NCBI GenBank assembly: GCA_963747925.1
Contig: CAVVHA010000008.1
Span: 8,736-72,735 of the forward strand
From: an uncultured Acidobacteriota bacterium
GTDB lineage: Bacteria; Acidobacteriota; Polarisedimenticolia; QHYA01; CAVVHA01
Length of the DNA stretch: 64,000 nt
Direction of reading: 5' to 3'
The translations under genes were made by a program, and so were the position numbers. The notes beneath the pieces were generated by a model, which saw only the letters and a list, made by a program, of their open reading frames with translations, was not told the DNA's origin and did no database searches. How positions within the stretch are numbered: position 1 is the stretch's first letter; every line of letters begins with the position of its first letter. Positions 42,906 through 51,434 of this stretch are shown piece after piece.

Positions 42906-44182
42906 CTAGGCCAGCTCGTTCGCGAGCAGGTGGAGGAACAGGCCGACGTCGGTCACGACGCCGATCGTCTGGGCCGAGCCGCGGTCGGAGAGCTTCGTCA
43001 CGACGGCCGGGTTGATGTCCACGCAGATCGTCTGCACCCAGGCCGGGATCATGTTCCCGACGCCGATCGAGTGGAGCATCGAGCCGAGCATCAGGACCGC
43101 GTGCGCTCCCTCGAGCAGCCGGGCGTACTCGGCCTGGGCCTGGAGGAGGTCCATCATCGTGTCGGGCATCGGTCCATCGTCGCGGATCGAGCCGGCCAGC
43201 GCGAACGGGACCCCCTTCTTCACGCACTCGTACATGAGCCCCGAGCCGATGACCCCCTGCTGGACCGCCGCGGCGATCGAGCCGCAGCGGCGGACGGCGT
43301 TGATGGCCCGCATGTGGTTGCGGTGCCCCTCGACGACCGGGATCCCCGTGTCGAGGTTGATGCCGAGCGAGGTCTTGTAGAGCGCGCGCTCGATGTCGTG
43401 CACCGCGAGCGCGTTCCCCGAGAGGATCGCGTGGACGTATCCCGCGCGGATGATCCGCGCGAGGTGCTCCCCGCCCCCCGTGTGGACGACCACGGGGCCG
43501 GGGACCGCGACGATCCGCCCCTTCGCCTTCCGGATGGAGCGCATCATGCGCGCGATCCCGGCGACGGTCAGCTCGACCCGCTTCTCCGAGGAGACATCGC
43601 TCGCCATGAAGACGAAGTCCTGCTTCTCGCGCTCCTTGAACTCCGGGTAGACCTCGATGCCGCCGTGCCCGCAGACGACGGGGTCCCCCTTCTTCACGTC
43701 CCGGAGCTTCGTGCAGAGCGCCCGCCCGGCCGCGGACGACGATGCAGCCGTCCATCCGCTGGTTGCGGACCTCCAGCTCGCGCCCGCCGAGCCGCACCGT
43801 CGTGCGATGGTTCGTGGTCGAGTAGAAATCATCCGGGGACCGTGCCGTCCTTCGCGGCGGGCCGCAGGATGACCTTCCCCTCCTCCTGGAGGTGGCAGCC
43901 GAGCGAGACCAGGCTGACCAGGATCCGGTCGAGCGCGCGGGCGCCCGGGGCCGTGACCGAGAACTGCACGGTCGAGAAATCATGGACCGTCTTGCCGATG
44001 TCGAAGCGGTGCAGCTCGTAGGACCCGCCGTTCTCGACGACGACGTTCAGGTACTTGGACATCATCCCCGAGTCGATCAGGTGCCCCGTTGCCGTGAGGG
44101 TGTGCGTCCGCCGGCGCGCGTCCCGGCTGCTCCCCTTCACCCCGCGCGAGCTGGTCTTGGGCATGCGTCCCTTTCCGATCAC
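42906..44182 (-). CDS. LOR/SDH-domain (TIGR00300-like) protein, possibly an ornithine-cyclodeaminase-type enzyme; about 2 frameshifts
   Basis: ORFs 43829-44182 (…TGHLIDSGMMSKYLNVVVENGGSYELHRFDIG), 42898-43983 and 42906-43832 (…GRIVAVPGPVVVHTGGGEHLARIIRAGYVHAILSGNALAVHDIE…) are colinear in three frames. Confidence 0.45.
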
Positions 44183-44214
44183 GTCCTGACGGCGCGCGGC
44201 CCGGGCAGGCCGGG

Positions 44215-44579
44215 CCTACTTCATTCCGATGTCCCGCTTGGCCTTGTCCAGCTCGAGCTGGAGGCGCGCCAGGCCCGCCCTCGTCTTCTCGGTGGCCTTC
44301 TTCTGCAGCTCCTTCGCCTTCTTCTGGATCGCCTCGAGCTGCTGCCGGGCCACCTCGGCATCGGCCGTGGTGTCGATCCCGCTCATGCCCGCCGCCCTCG
44401 CCGGCCTGCGTGTAGTCCGCCGCCGCCTGCTTCACCTGCTGGATCAGCGAGTCGATCTCGCGCTCCTGCTCGGACATGGTGGTGGTCGGGATCAGCCCGA
44501 GCCTTCCCGTGGTCACGTAGTTGTAGGCCAGCAGCGCCGCGACGATCAGGACGAGGACGACGACGATCCTCTTGAGCAT
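44215..44579 (-). CDS. Small (~120 aa) N-terminally membrane-anchored coiled-coil protein; one frameshift near 44395
   Basis: MLKRIVVVLVLIVAALLAYNY…MSEQEREIDSLIQQVKQAAADYTQAG, then after a 1-nt shift MSGIDTTADAEVARQQLEAIQKKAKELQKKATEKTRAGLARLQLELDKAKRDIGMK. GGAGAG ribosome-binding site. Confidence 0.45.
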
Positions 44580-44628
44580 GGCTCTCTCCCGCTGGGAAGG
44601 GGCCGCCGGAGGCGGCCCACCGGCTCAA

Positions 44629-44657
44629 ACCATAGGTTTGCGGGGCGGGTTAGTCAA
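44629..44657 (-). promoter_or_regulatory. Sigma-70-like promoter (TTGACT-N17-TATGGT) about 50 nt upstream of the 44579 start
   Basis: Hexamers read on the minus strand with 17-nt spacing, upstream of the ribosome-binding site and ATG of the small coiled-coil gene that heads the LOR/SDH-A2M-pbpC string. Confidence 0.3.
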
Positions 44658-44703
44658 AGGCGCGGGGCGGTGGGGGCGAACCTGGCCCCCTCCGGGAGCG
44701 GCG

Positions 44704-44961
44704 TCAGTGGTCGATTTCCACCCTGCGGGTCTTGAGCCAGGCGATCGGCGGAGGGCCGATTTCCTGGGCCTCGGCGCTCGGGGAGAATTCAGCGGGGGTT
44801 TCGGCTTCGGGTGGCGCCTGAACGGCGATTCCTCCGAGGGACCGCTGCGCCAGCGGAGAGGAGCTGCCGGGCGCTCCCCCCGGTCTCAGGTGGCCCAACT
44901 CGAGCAGTTCGGCCTTCCGGCGCCGCTGCTGCGTCGTCCGGAACTTTCGGAATCCGCTCAT
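44704..44961 (-). CDS. Hypothetical small protein (86 aa)
   Basis: Internal Met of ORF 44704-45282 (MSGFRKFRTTQQRRRKAELLELGHL…) with a GGAGG ribosome-binding site 5 nt upstream. No family. Confidence 0.35.
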   Translation of the reverse strand: MSGFRKFRTTQQRRRKAELLELGHLRPGGAPGSSSPLAQRSLGGIAVQAPPEAETPAEFSPSAEAQEIGPPPIAWLKTRRVEIDH

Positions 44962-45349
44962 CTCTGCCTCCTTCGCTTCCGTGGGAACCTGGGTGGCATG
45001 GGGCGAGGAGACTGTAATGAACCTCTCCGGACCCGTCAAGTCGCCCAGGGGGGGGCCGCGGAGGCGCCCCCGGGTGGCGGGCAGAGCGGTCTCCCGGCAG
45101 GGGGTCGAGGGGGCCTCGCGGGGGCGGCGCGGGTCCCACCGATCCCCGAAAACGCCCGCCGGACGGGCGCGAGCAGGGAGGAGTGGGGGAGCCCGCGGCG
45201 CCGTGTCGGCCGCGCGGCCGAGCCTCGGAAACGTTGCGTTGGGAGGGGGCGGGACCGCGCGGACGGAGTCCGGGGCCTCCACGGTTATGGCATGTCAACT
45301 ATTGTAGTTTCAACGACTTGGCGGAAAAACGTCGATTTCTTTTGCGGGC

Positions 45350-45814
45350 TCAGACGGCGGCGCTGTCGAGGTTGCCCCCCGTCGCGAGCCGGATCCCGCG
45401 CATCAGGTCCTCGGCGGAGAACGGCTTCTTCAGGAAAAGGCCGTGCTCACCGATGTATTCCGCCATCGTTCCGGCGGGCTCCCAGTGGGAGATGAAGATC
45501 GTGCGGCGCGCCAGGGACGGATTGAGGGTCAGCACCGAGGTGTGGAGCGACCGGCCATCCCGGTGCGGAAGGAAGATGTCCAGGATCAGCAGGTCGTATC
45601 GCTGGTGCCGGATCATGTCCAGGGCGGTCAGAGGGCTCCCGCAGACCTCCACCTCGTATCCGCAGCCCGCGAGTTGCTCCCGGACGATGTTCCGGGAGAT
45701 CGGATCGTCGTCCACGACGAGGACGGCCCGCCCGCTCGAACGCCGCACACCCGGCGAAGCCGGCCCCTCTTCCTTGCCGGGCACTCCCTGGCGGCTCGAT
45801 TTCGACTCATCCAT
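45350..45814 (-). CDS. Single-domain response regulator (CheY-like receiver) with a disordered N-terminal extension
   Basis: VLVVDDDPISRNIVREQL…YDLLILDIFLPHRDG…GLFLKKPF, and a GGGAGGAG ribosome-binding site. Confidence 0.75.
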   Translation of the reverse strand: MDESKSSRQGVPGKEEGPASPGVRRSSGRAVLVVDDDPISRNIVREQLAGCGYEVEVCGSPLTALDMIRHQRYDLLILDIFLPHRDGRSLHTSVLTLNPSLARRTIFISHWEPAGTMAEYIGEHGLFLKKPFSAEDLMRGIRLATGGNLDSAAV

Positions 45815-45868
45815 CGTCGCTCTCCTCCCGAATCGCCCGCCGGAGCCCACCGGCGGCACACCCTGGCC

Positions 45869-46402
45869 CTACTCGCGCGGCCTCGCCGGCAGGACCTTGC
45901 GGACGAGCTGCGCGAAATCCTGGGCCCTGAACGGTTTCTCCAGGAAGGCAGCGGTCGAGGCAAGGTGCGAGCGGAGCTCGTCGCGGCTGACATAGCCGGA
46001 AATGAAGACCGTGTGCTCGGCCAGTTCCGGATCGAAGACACGCAGCTTGGCGTGGAAGAGCATGCCGGACATCTCGGGCATGTACAGGTCGAGCACGAGG
46101 GCGTCGAACCTCTGCCGCTTCGCCTTCTGCAGCGCCTCCGACGGGGATGCGACGGCGACCGGTTCGTACCCCATCGCCGTGAGCATGTCCTTCAGGACCT
46201 GCAGAACGGCGGGCTCGTCGTCCACGACCAGGATCCGGTACTTGCGATCGGCGGCGTTCGAGGGAGAAGAGGGGCGCGCTCCGGCGGTGCCGGTCTCGGC
46301 GGAGTGGGAGGGGGGGGGGCGGTGGCGACGGGGCTTTCCCCCGTGACTTCGCAGGACTGCGTCGCCGCGGCGTTCCCGCCGGTTGGTTCGATCTTCGTCC
46401 AT
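45869..46402 (-). CDS. Single-domain response regulator (CheY-like receiver) with an Arg/Pro-rich ~50-aa N-terminal extension
   Basis: ILVVDDEPAVLQVLKDML…FDALVLDLYMPEMSG…AAFLEKPF. Confidence 0.75.
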   Translation of the reverse strand: MDEDRTNRRERRGDAVLRSHGGKPRRHRPPPSHSAETGTAGARPSSPSNAADRKYRILVVDDEPAVLQVLKDMLTAMGYEPVAVASPSEALQKAKRQRFDALVLDLYMPEMSGMLFHAKLRVFDPELAEHTVFISGYVSRDELRSHLASTAAFLEKPFRAQDFAQLVRKVLPARPRE

Positions 46403-46601
46403 CTCGTAGCAAACTTAGGGACCGGGTCGCGACTCGTCAACGGTTCGAAACGGTAATTCGGAACTGTTTTCAGGGTTCCGGGATGCGGCGCCGGGCGCGG
46501 CCGACTCCGGGCTCCTCCCGTCTCCCCAGTCGTTCGCCATCCATCGGGCACGGGAGCCGCGGCCGCGCGGTCCACCGGGGCTATACTCGGCCTGCCGGGC
46601 C

Positions 46602-47633
46602 ATGTCGACGCGAATCGCCAATACCTACGTCGTTTCAGGCTTTTATCGCTCCTGGCGCCTCGACCGGTTCCTCCAGGCGATGATCCCGAAGCTCTCCCGC
46701 GCCCGGATCCAGTCGGCCATCCGGTCCCGCGTCGAGGTCTCCTGGCACCCCCGGCCCCGCCCCTCCCTGACGGTCGTTCCCGGGGGCGAGGTCCGGATCT
46801 ACTTTCCCGGACGTCGTCGAGCCGGAGCTCACCGCGCGGCCCGCGATCATCCACGAGGACGAGGCGATTCTCGTGGCCGACAAGCCGGCCGGGCTGCTCG
46901 TCCACCCGACGCACTCCTGCCTCGAAGAACAACCTGATCCACCTGATCCGGGCCGAGCGGCCGGGCCTTCCGCTCGCGCCTGGCCCACCGCCTCGACCGT
47001 GACACCAGCGGCGTGATCCTCCTGACCAGGACGCAGGAAGCGGCCCGCTTCCTGGCGCGGCGGTTCGAGCGGAGGGAGGTCGAGAAGTCGTACCTGGCCG
47101 TGGTCCTCGGCCGCATGGCCCGCGCGGAGGGCACGATCGACGCCCCCCTCGGGGTCTCCCAGAGCCTGCAGGTGATCTTCCGCCGCTCGGTGGACGGCCG
47201 CAACGCCCAGGGCGCCTCGACGGCGTTCCGGGTCCTGGCGGTCGGCCGGAGCGTCTCGCTCGTGCTCCTGCGCCCCAGGACCGGCCGGCGCCACCAGCTC
47301 CGGGCCCACCTCGCGGCCGTCGGCCACCCGATCGCGGGAGACAAGCTGTACGCCCTGTCCGACCGGGACTACCTGAAGCACCTGCGGGGGAAGCTGGGCG
47401 ACGACGCGAGGGACGCGATCCTCGCGGACCGGCAGCTGCTCCACGCCTTCAGGATCCGGTTCCCCCACCCCGCGACGGGGCGAATGGTCGAGTTCGAGTC
47501 GCCCCTGCCGGAGGACATGCGGGCCTTCCTCGAGCGCCACGGCGTGGAGCCGCCGGCGGAGATCCCGCGGGAGGACCGGGGGACCAGAAAGCGGAGGGGA
47601 CGCCTGCCCGCCGCCGATCGGGGACGGGACTGA
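46602..47633 (+). CDS. RluA-family 23S rRNA / tRNA pseudouridine synthase with an S4-like N-terminus; about 3 frameshifts
   Basis: ORF 46602-46937 (RLDRFLQAMIPKLSRARIQSAIRSRVEV) and ORF 47013-47633 (…ILLTRTQEAARFLARRFERREVEKSYLAVVLG…RRHQLRAHLAAVGHPIAGDKLY). The catalytic HRLD region lies in a third frame between them. Confidence 0.7.
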
Positions 47634-47644
47634 TCGATGGCCGG

Positions 47645-48463
47645 CTACTGCGTGATGAGCAGGCGCTGGCCCGGGAGGAGCTGGCGGTAGATCTGCTGGG
47701 CGAGCGGGAGCGGAAGGCGCACGGTGATGCGGGTCTCCTCGACCTCTTCGTGGCTGCCCGCGAAGCGGAGGCCCACCTCGCGCGCGAGGGCGAGGAACGA
47801 TTCGTAGCCGGCCGCCGCCGGCGTCCGCGGCACGTCGGACACGACCCAGATCGACAGCTCGCCGTCGAACCCCATGTGGTACTTGGGCGGAGGATCCGGC
47901 GGGATCTCCCCGCCCGCGACCCCCGCCATCTTCTGGGGGGCCGCCTGCGGCTCCTGGCCGCCCTTCGCCGCGTCCCCGCCCGGCGGGCCCGGGGACGATC
48001 CGTTCTCCACGGCGCCCTGCTCGGCGCCGAGCGGCTCGTCCTCGGAGAGATCGCTCCCCGCGGCCCGCTTCTCCGCCTCGGTGAGGGTCTTGCGCTGGAT
48101 CGTCTCGGTCTCGACCCCCTTCCCTTCCTTGAGCTGAAGGGTGAAGGCGCGGAAGGCCAGCTCCTCCGGATCGACCGGGCGGGCCATGCGCGTCGTTTCG
48201 AGGGCCGTGAACGTGATCGCCTTGAAGGCCCGCCCGCGCACCTTGAAATACAGCTTGCGCTCGGAAAGGTCGAGGACCGCGTAGGTGGTCCGCTTGGCGG
48301 AGAGGTCGGCCTCGAGCTTCCAGAGCGCGTTCAGCCTCTCGGCGCGCTCCTTCTTCTTCACGAGCTCGAGGTACCGCTCCCGGTCCGACGCCGCGGCCGG
48401 GGACGCGAGCGTGCCCGCCAGGACGGCGCCGGCAACGAGCAGCCAGGCAAGGGATCTCAAATG
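47645..48463 (-). CDS. Secreted hypothetical protein with YkuD-like N- and C-terminal segments but no catalytic Cys (possible inactive L,D-transpeptidase homologue); TTG start overlaps the upstream stop
   Basis: Signal LRSLAWLLVAGAVLAGTLASPAAA. YAVLDLSERKLYFKVRGRAFKAITF resembles the first strands of YkuD. A long acidic/Gly insert follows. The C-terminus KYHMGFDGELSIWVV carries HMG where HGC would be expected. Confidence 0.45.
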   Translation of the reverse strand, partial: HLRSLAWLLVAGAVLAGTLASPAAASDRERYLELVKKKERAERLNALWKLEADLSAKRTTYAVLDLSERKLYFKVRGRAFKAITFTALETTRMARPVDPEELAFRAFTLQLKEGKGVETETIQRKTLTEAEKRAAGSDLSEDEPLGAEQGAVENGSSPGPPGGDAAKGGQEPQAAPQKMAGVAGGEIPPDPPPKYHMGFDGELSIWVVSDVPRTPAAAGYESFLALAREVGLRFAGSHEEVEETRITVRLPLPLAQQIYRQLLPGQRLLITQ

Positions 48464-49204
48464 ATGTAGACCTTCGTGCCGACCTGGGCCGCCTTGAAGA
48501 ACGCCTCCAGGTCCTGGTCGCCGACGCGGATGCACCCGTGCGTGACGCTCATGCCGATCGTGCGCTTGTAGATCGAACCGTGGATCAGGTACCCGTCCGG
48601 GAGCTGGAGCGCGTAGGCGCCGAGCACATCGGGATCGAGCCGGTCGGCGAAGTTCTTGGGGATCGGCTCGCCGTCCTCGATGAAGGCCCAGTCCGGCTTG
48701 GTCCAGACCGGGTTCACGATCTTGCGCAGGACCTCGAACTCGCCCCGCGGCGTGTTGAAGACCCAGACCCTCTTCCCCGCGACGTCGACCAGCCGCGAGC
48801 CGCTGCCGGTCGAGCACAGGGCGTCGCGGACGATCTTCTCGCCGTTCATCAGGTAGAGGTGGTTCATGCCCGTGTCCACGACGATGTAGGTCCCCGTCGG
48901 CGAGAACCGGGAGACCTTCGCCAGGAGCTTCTTGCCGCGGGCCTCCTCCTGCGCGAGGTCCTTTTCGAGCTTGCGGATCGCCGCCGTCAGCTCGGGCCCC
49001 TCGGGGACCTCGATCGCCGGGCCGTGCGGACCGGCGGAGCCGGAAACCGACCGGCAGCCGGGGAGCGCGAGCGCGGCCGCCGCCAGCAGCGCCGCGGCGA
49101 CGAACCGGACCGGGCGCTTCCCGTCGGAGCGCGCGCGGTGCCCCGGCCGCCGCGGCAGCCCTGCCGCCCCCTCGTTCAATGCCCGTATGCGCGCTGGAGA
49201 ACAT
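48457..49204 (-). CDS. L,D-transpeptidase (YkuD domain) lipoprotein; one frameshift near 49115
   Basis: MFSSAHTGIERGG… start at 49204, then RFVAAALLAAAALALPGC (lipobox). YkuD domain (…YIVVDTGMNHLYLMNGEKIV…SVTHGCIRVGDQDLEAFF). Confidence 0.7.
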
Positions 49205-49211
49205 GGCCCTG

Positions 49212-50330
49212 TCAGCCGGAGATGGTCACGCCCCGCGTGATCGTCCCCACGATTGTAACAGGCGTGCCGATATCGACAAGCCGGAACAGCTCGTCCATGT
49301 CGCGGTTGGCGAGCGCAACGCAGCCGAGCGTCCAGTCCTCCTTGCGGCCGCCCTCGCCGTGGATCTCGATGAGGCCGCCGATGCCGGCGCCCCGGGAAAC
49401 CCAGCCGTTCCGCTTCGCGATGGCGAACTGCGCGCGGTCCTCGTCGTTCGGATAGTTGATCAGGAGCGCCTTGTAGTAGACCGTCTGGCCCGGGGCGCGC
49501 TTCCTGACGACGCGGTACATCCCCTCGGGCGTCGCGCGGTCGCCGGCGCGCATCTTGTCCCAGAGCGGGCCGCCGAGGTCCGCGTCGTAGGTGCGGACCA
49601 GGACGCCGCCGCGGTAGAGGTGGCACTTGTGCTTCAGCTTGTCCACGAGGATCACGTAGTCGCCGCTGCGGCGTGAAACCTCGATGGTATCGGAGATCCA
49701 CCGGGCCCACCGCTGCGCCGCCGCCCCGTTCGTGTAGTGCGTGACGAACCCGTCGGCGCGGCGGCGGATCTCCGCCGCGGTGGTCTTGGCGAACGTCGCG
49801 TCGCGAGCCGCGCCCGCGAAGTCCCCGTTGCGCCACCGCACCTCCGCGCTGTCGATCGCGACCTGCGCCCGCGCCAGGTTCGTCCGGACCACCGCCCCGA
49901 TCGGGAGGGAGCGGAGCGCCGCCTGCGTCTGGTCCAGCGCGCGGTTTCCCTCGGCGATGAGCCGGCTCGCGTCGGTCCTCGCGGCGTCGCTGGTCCGGCG
50001 CGCCTTCTTCCAGGCCAGGTCGACCTTGGAGCGGGCATCGCCGAGGCGGGACCGCACGAGATCGTAGTTCAGGAAGCCCGTCTTCTCGGAGATGGTCCGG
50101 TAGTGAAAGGAGAGAGCCTGCTGGACGTAGGCCTCGGCCGTGCGGAACTCGTTCGGGCAGAACTCCTTCGCGCGCGCGCGGCGCGCCCCTTCGAGCGCCC
50201 CCTTCAGGGCGGTCGCCTCACGCACGGGGGGATCCGCGTTCATGGCGATCAGAAGACGGCCTCCGAGCCAGAGCGGGACCAGGACCAGGATGGGCGGAAG
50301 GATCAGCTTGAGCAGGCGTCGTGGCGTCAT
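49212..50330 (-). CDS. L,D-transpeptidase with an N-terminal DUF4398-like domain
   Basis: 372-aa intact ORF: N-terminal TM, a helical DUF4398-like region, and C-terminal YkuD (YVILVDKLKHKCHLYRGGVLV…DWTLGCVALANRDMDELF). Confidence 0.8.
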   Translation of the reverse strand: MTPRRLLKLILPPILVLVPLWLGGRLLIAMNADPPVREATALKGALEGARRARAKEFCPNEFRTAEAYVQQALSFHYRTISEKTGFLNYDLVRSRLGDARSKVDLAWKKARRTSDAARTDASRLIAEGNRALDQTQAALRSLPIGAVVRTNLARAQVAIDSAEVRWRNGDFAGAARDATFAKTTAAEIRRRADGFVTHYTNGAAAQRWARWISDTIEVSRRSGDYVILVDKLKHKCHLYRGGVLVRTYDADLGGPLWDKMRAGDRATPEGMYRVVRKRAPGQTVYYKALLINYPNDEDRAQFAIAKRNGWVSRGAGIGGLIEIHGEGGRKEDWTLGCVALANRDMDELFRLVDIGTPVTIVGTITRGVTISG

Positions 50331-50471
50331 GCGAGATGAACCGTTGTCTCCCTGTTGATGGACGAGGCCGTGGACCAGCCTTCACTCAAAGCCAATAGAT
50401 TAGATGGACCGGGCGCGGCGCGCAAGACGGAAGGGATCCGCCCCGGCCTCGCCTGGGCCGTGCGCCGGCGC

Positions 50472-50513
50472 AAATGAAAAACCGCGGCCGCCGGTTGGGG
50501 CCGGCGACCGCGG
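50472..50513 (-). terminator. Rho-independent terminator downstream of the DUF4398 lipoprotein gene
   Basis: On the minus strand: CCGCGGTCGCCGG-ccccaa-CCGGCGGCCGCGG followed by TTTTTCATTT. Confidence 0.5.
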
Positions 50514-50582
50514 CTGTACACGCACAACTGACATCTTGAACGCGGGAGAACACGGCAACGCGCGCCCCCCGGCCCTGGATTG

Positions 50583-51185
50583 TTACTTCTTGCCCTTCTT
50601 CGCGTCGATCGCGGCCTGAACCTGGTCGGCCACGGACTTCGCGTTGTCCTTCGCGCCGGTCGCCTTCGCGGTCGCGCCCTTGAAGTCCTCGGAGGCCATC
50701 ATCTGCTCGGCCTCGGTGATCGCGGTCTTGTAGCCCTCGAGGTCCTTCGTCATCAGCTCGAGGTCGGCCTTCGTGCCCTTCCCCTTCGGGGCGGACTTCA
50801 GAGCGGTCTCGGCGGCTTCGACAGCGGCCTTGGCATCAGCAATCGCCGCGGTGGCCTCCTGCTTCGCCTTCTCCTTGCCCTGGATGGCGGCTTCCTTCGC
50901 CTGGTCGCCCTGGGTCTTCGCATCCGCGAGGAGCTTCTTCGCGTTGTCGTAGTTCGGGAACCACTTGGCCTTCTGGGTCTCGATCTCGGCGCGCGCCTGG
51001 TCGAGCGTGGTCTGCACGGTCGACAGCTCGGTCTGGGCGTACTTCTCGGCCTCGGCCTGCTTCGCGGCGTCGATCGCCTGCTGCGCGGCGGCCAGCTCCT
51101 GCTCCGGCGGCTTCTGGCAACCGGTCATCAGGACGGCGGCGGTCACCATCAGGATCAGGGCGAACATCATTCCGTACTTGCGCAT
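50583..51185 (-). CDS. DUF4398 family lipoprotein
   Basis: MRKYGMMFALILMVTAAVLMTGCQ (lipobox), then an Ala/Lys/Glu-rich helical DUF4398 region. GAGGGAG ribosome-binding site. Confidence 0.7.
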   Translation of the reverse strand: MRKYGMMFALILMVTAAVLMTGCQKPPEQELAAAQQAIDAAKQAEAEKYAQTELSTVQTTLDQARAEIETQKAKWFPNYDNAKKLLADAKTQGDQAKEAAIQGKEKAKQEATAAIADAKAAVEAAETALKSAPKGKGTKADLELMTKDLEGYKTAITEAEQMMASEDFKGATAKATGAKDNAKSVADQVQAAIDAKKGKK

Positions 51186-51434
51186 TGTTTGTGCACTCCC
51201 TCGAAATGCCCCGGTTCGGGGCGGATTCTCATTTCCGGCCGGAGAGCGCCGGAGCCAATTGGTTGCTGGGGAAACTTTTCTCGCTTTCATTCAAGGCTTT
51301 TTCGCATCTCTCTCTATGAGCAACCACCGTGCCATGATAAAAACGACCCGGCGGGAGGGGCTGGGGCTTGCAAGCTGTTCTTTTTGCTATTAGTTGTGTA
51401 GTGCGCGGGCTGCGACCCGCCGGGAAGGCAACGC

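Noticed and set aside
50965-51393. Plus-strand ORF antisense to the DUF4398 lipoprotein gene
   Set aside because: Antisense frame of a low-complexity Ala/Lys/Glu-rich gene. No ribosome-binding site and no family.
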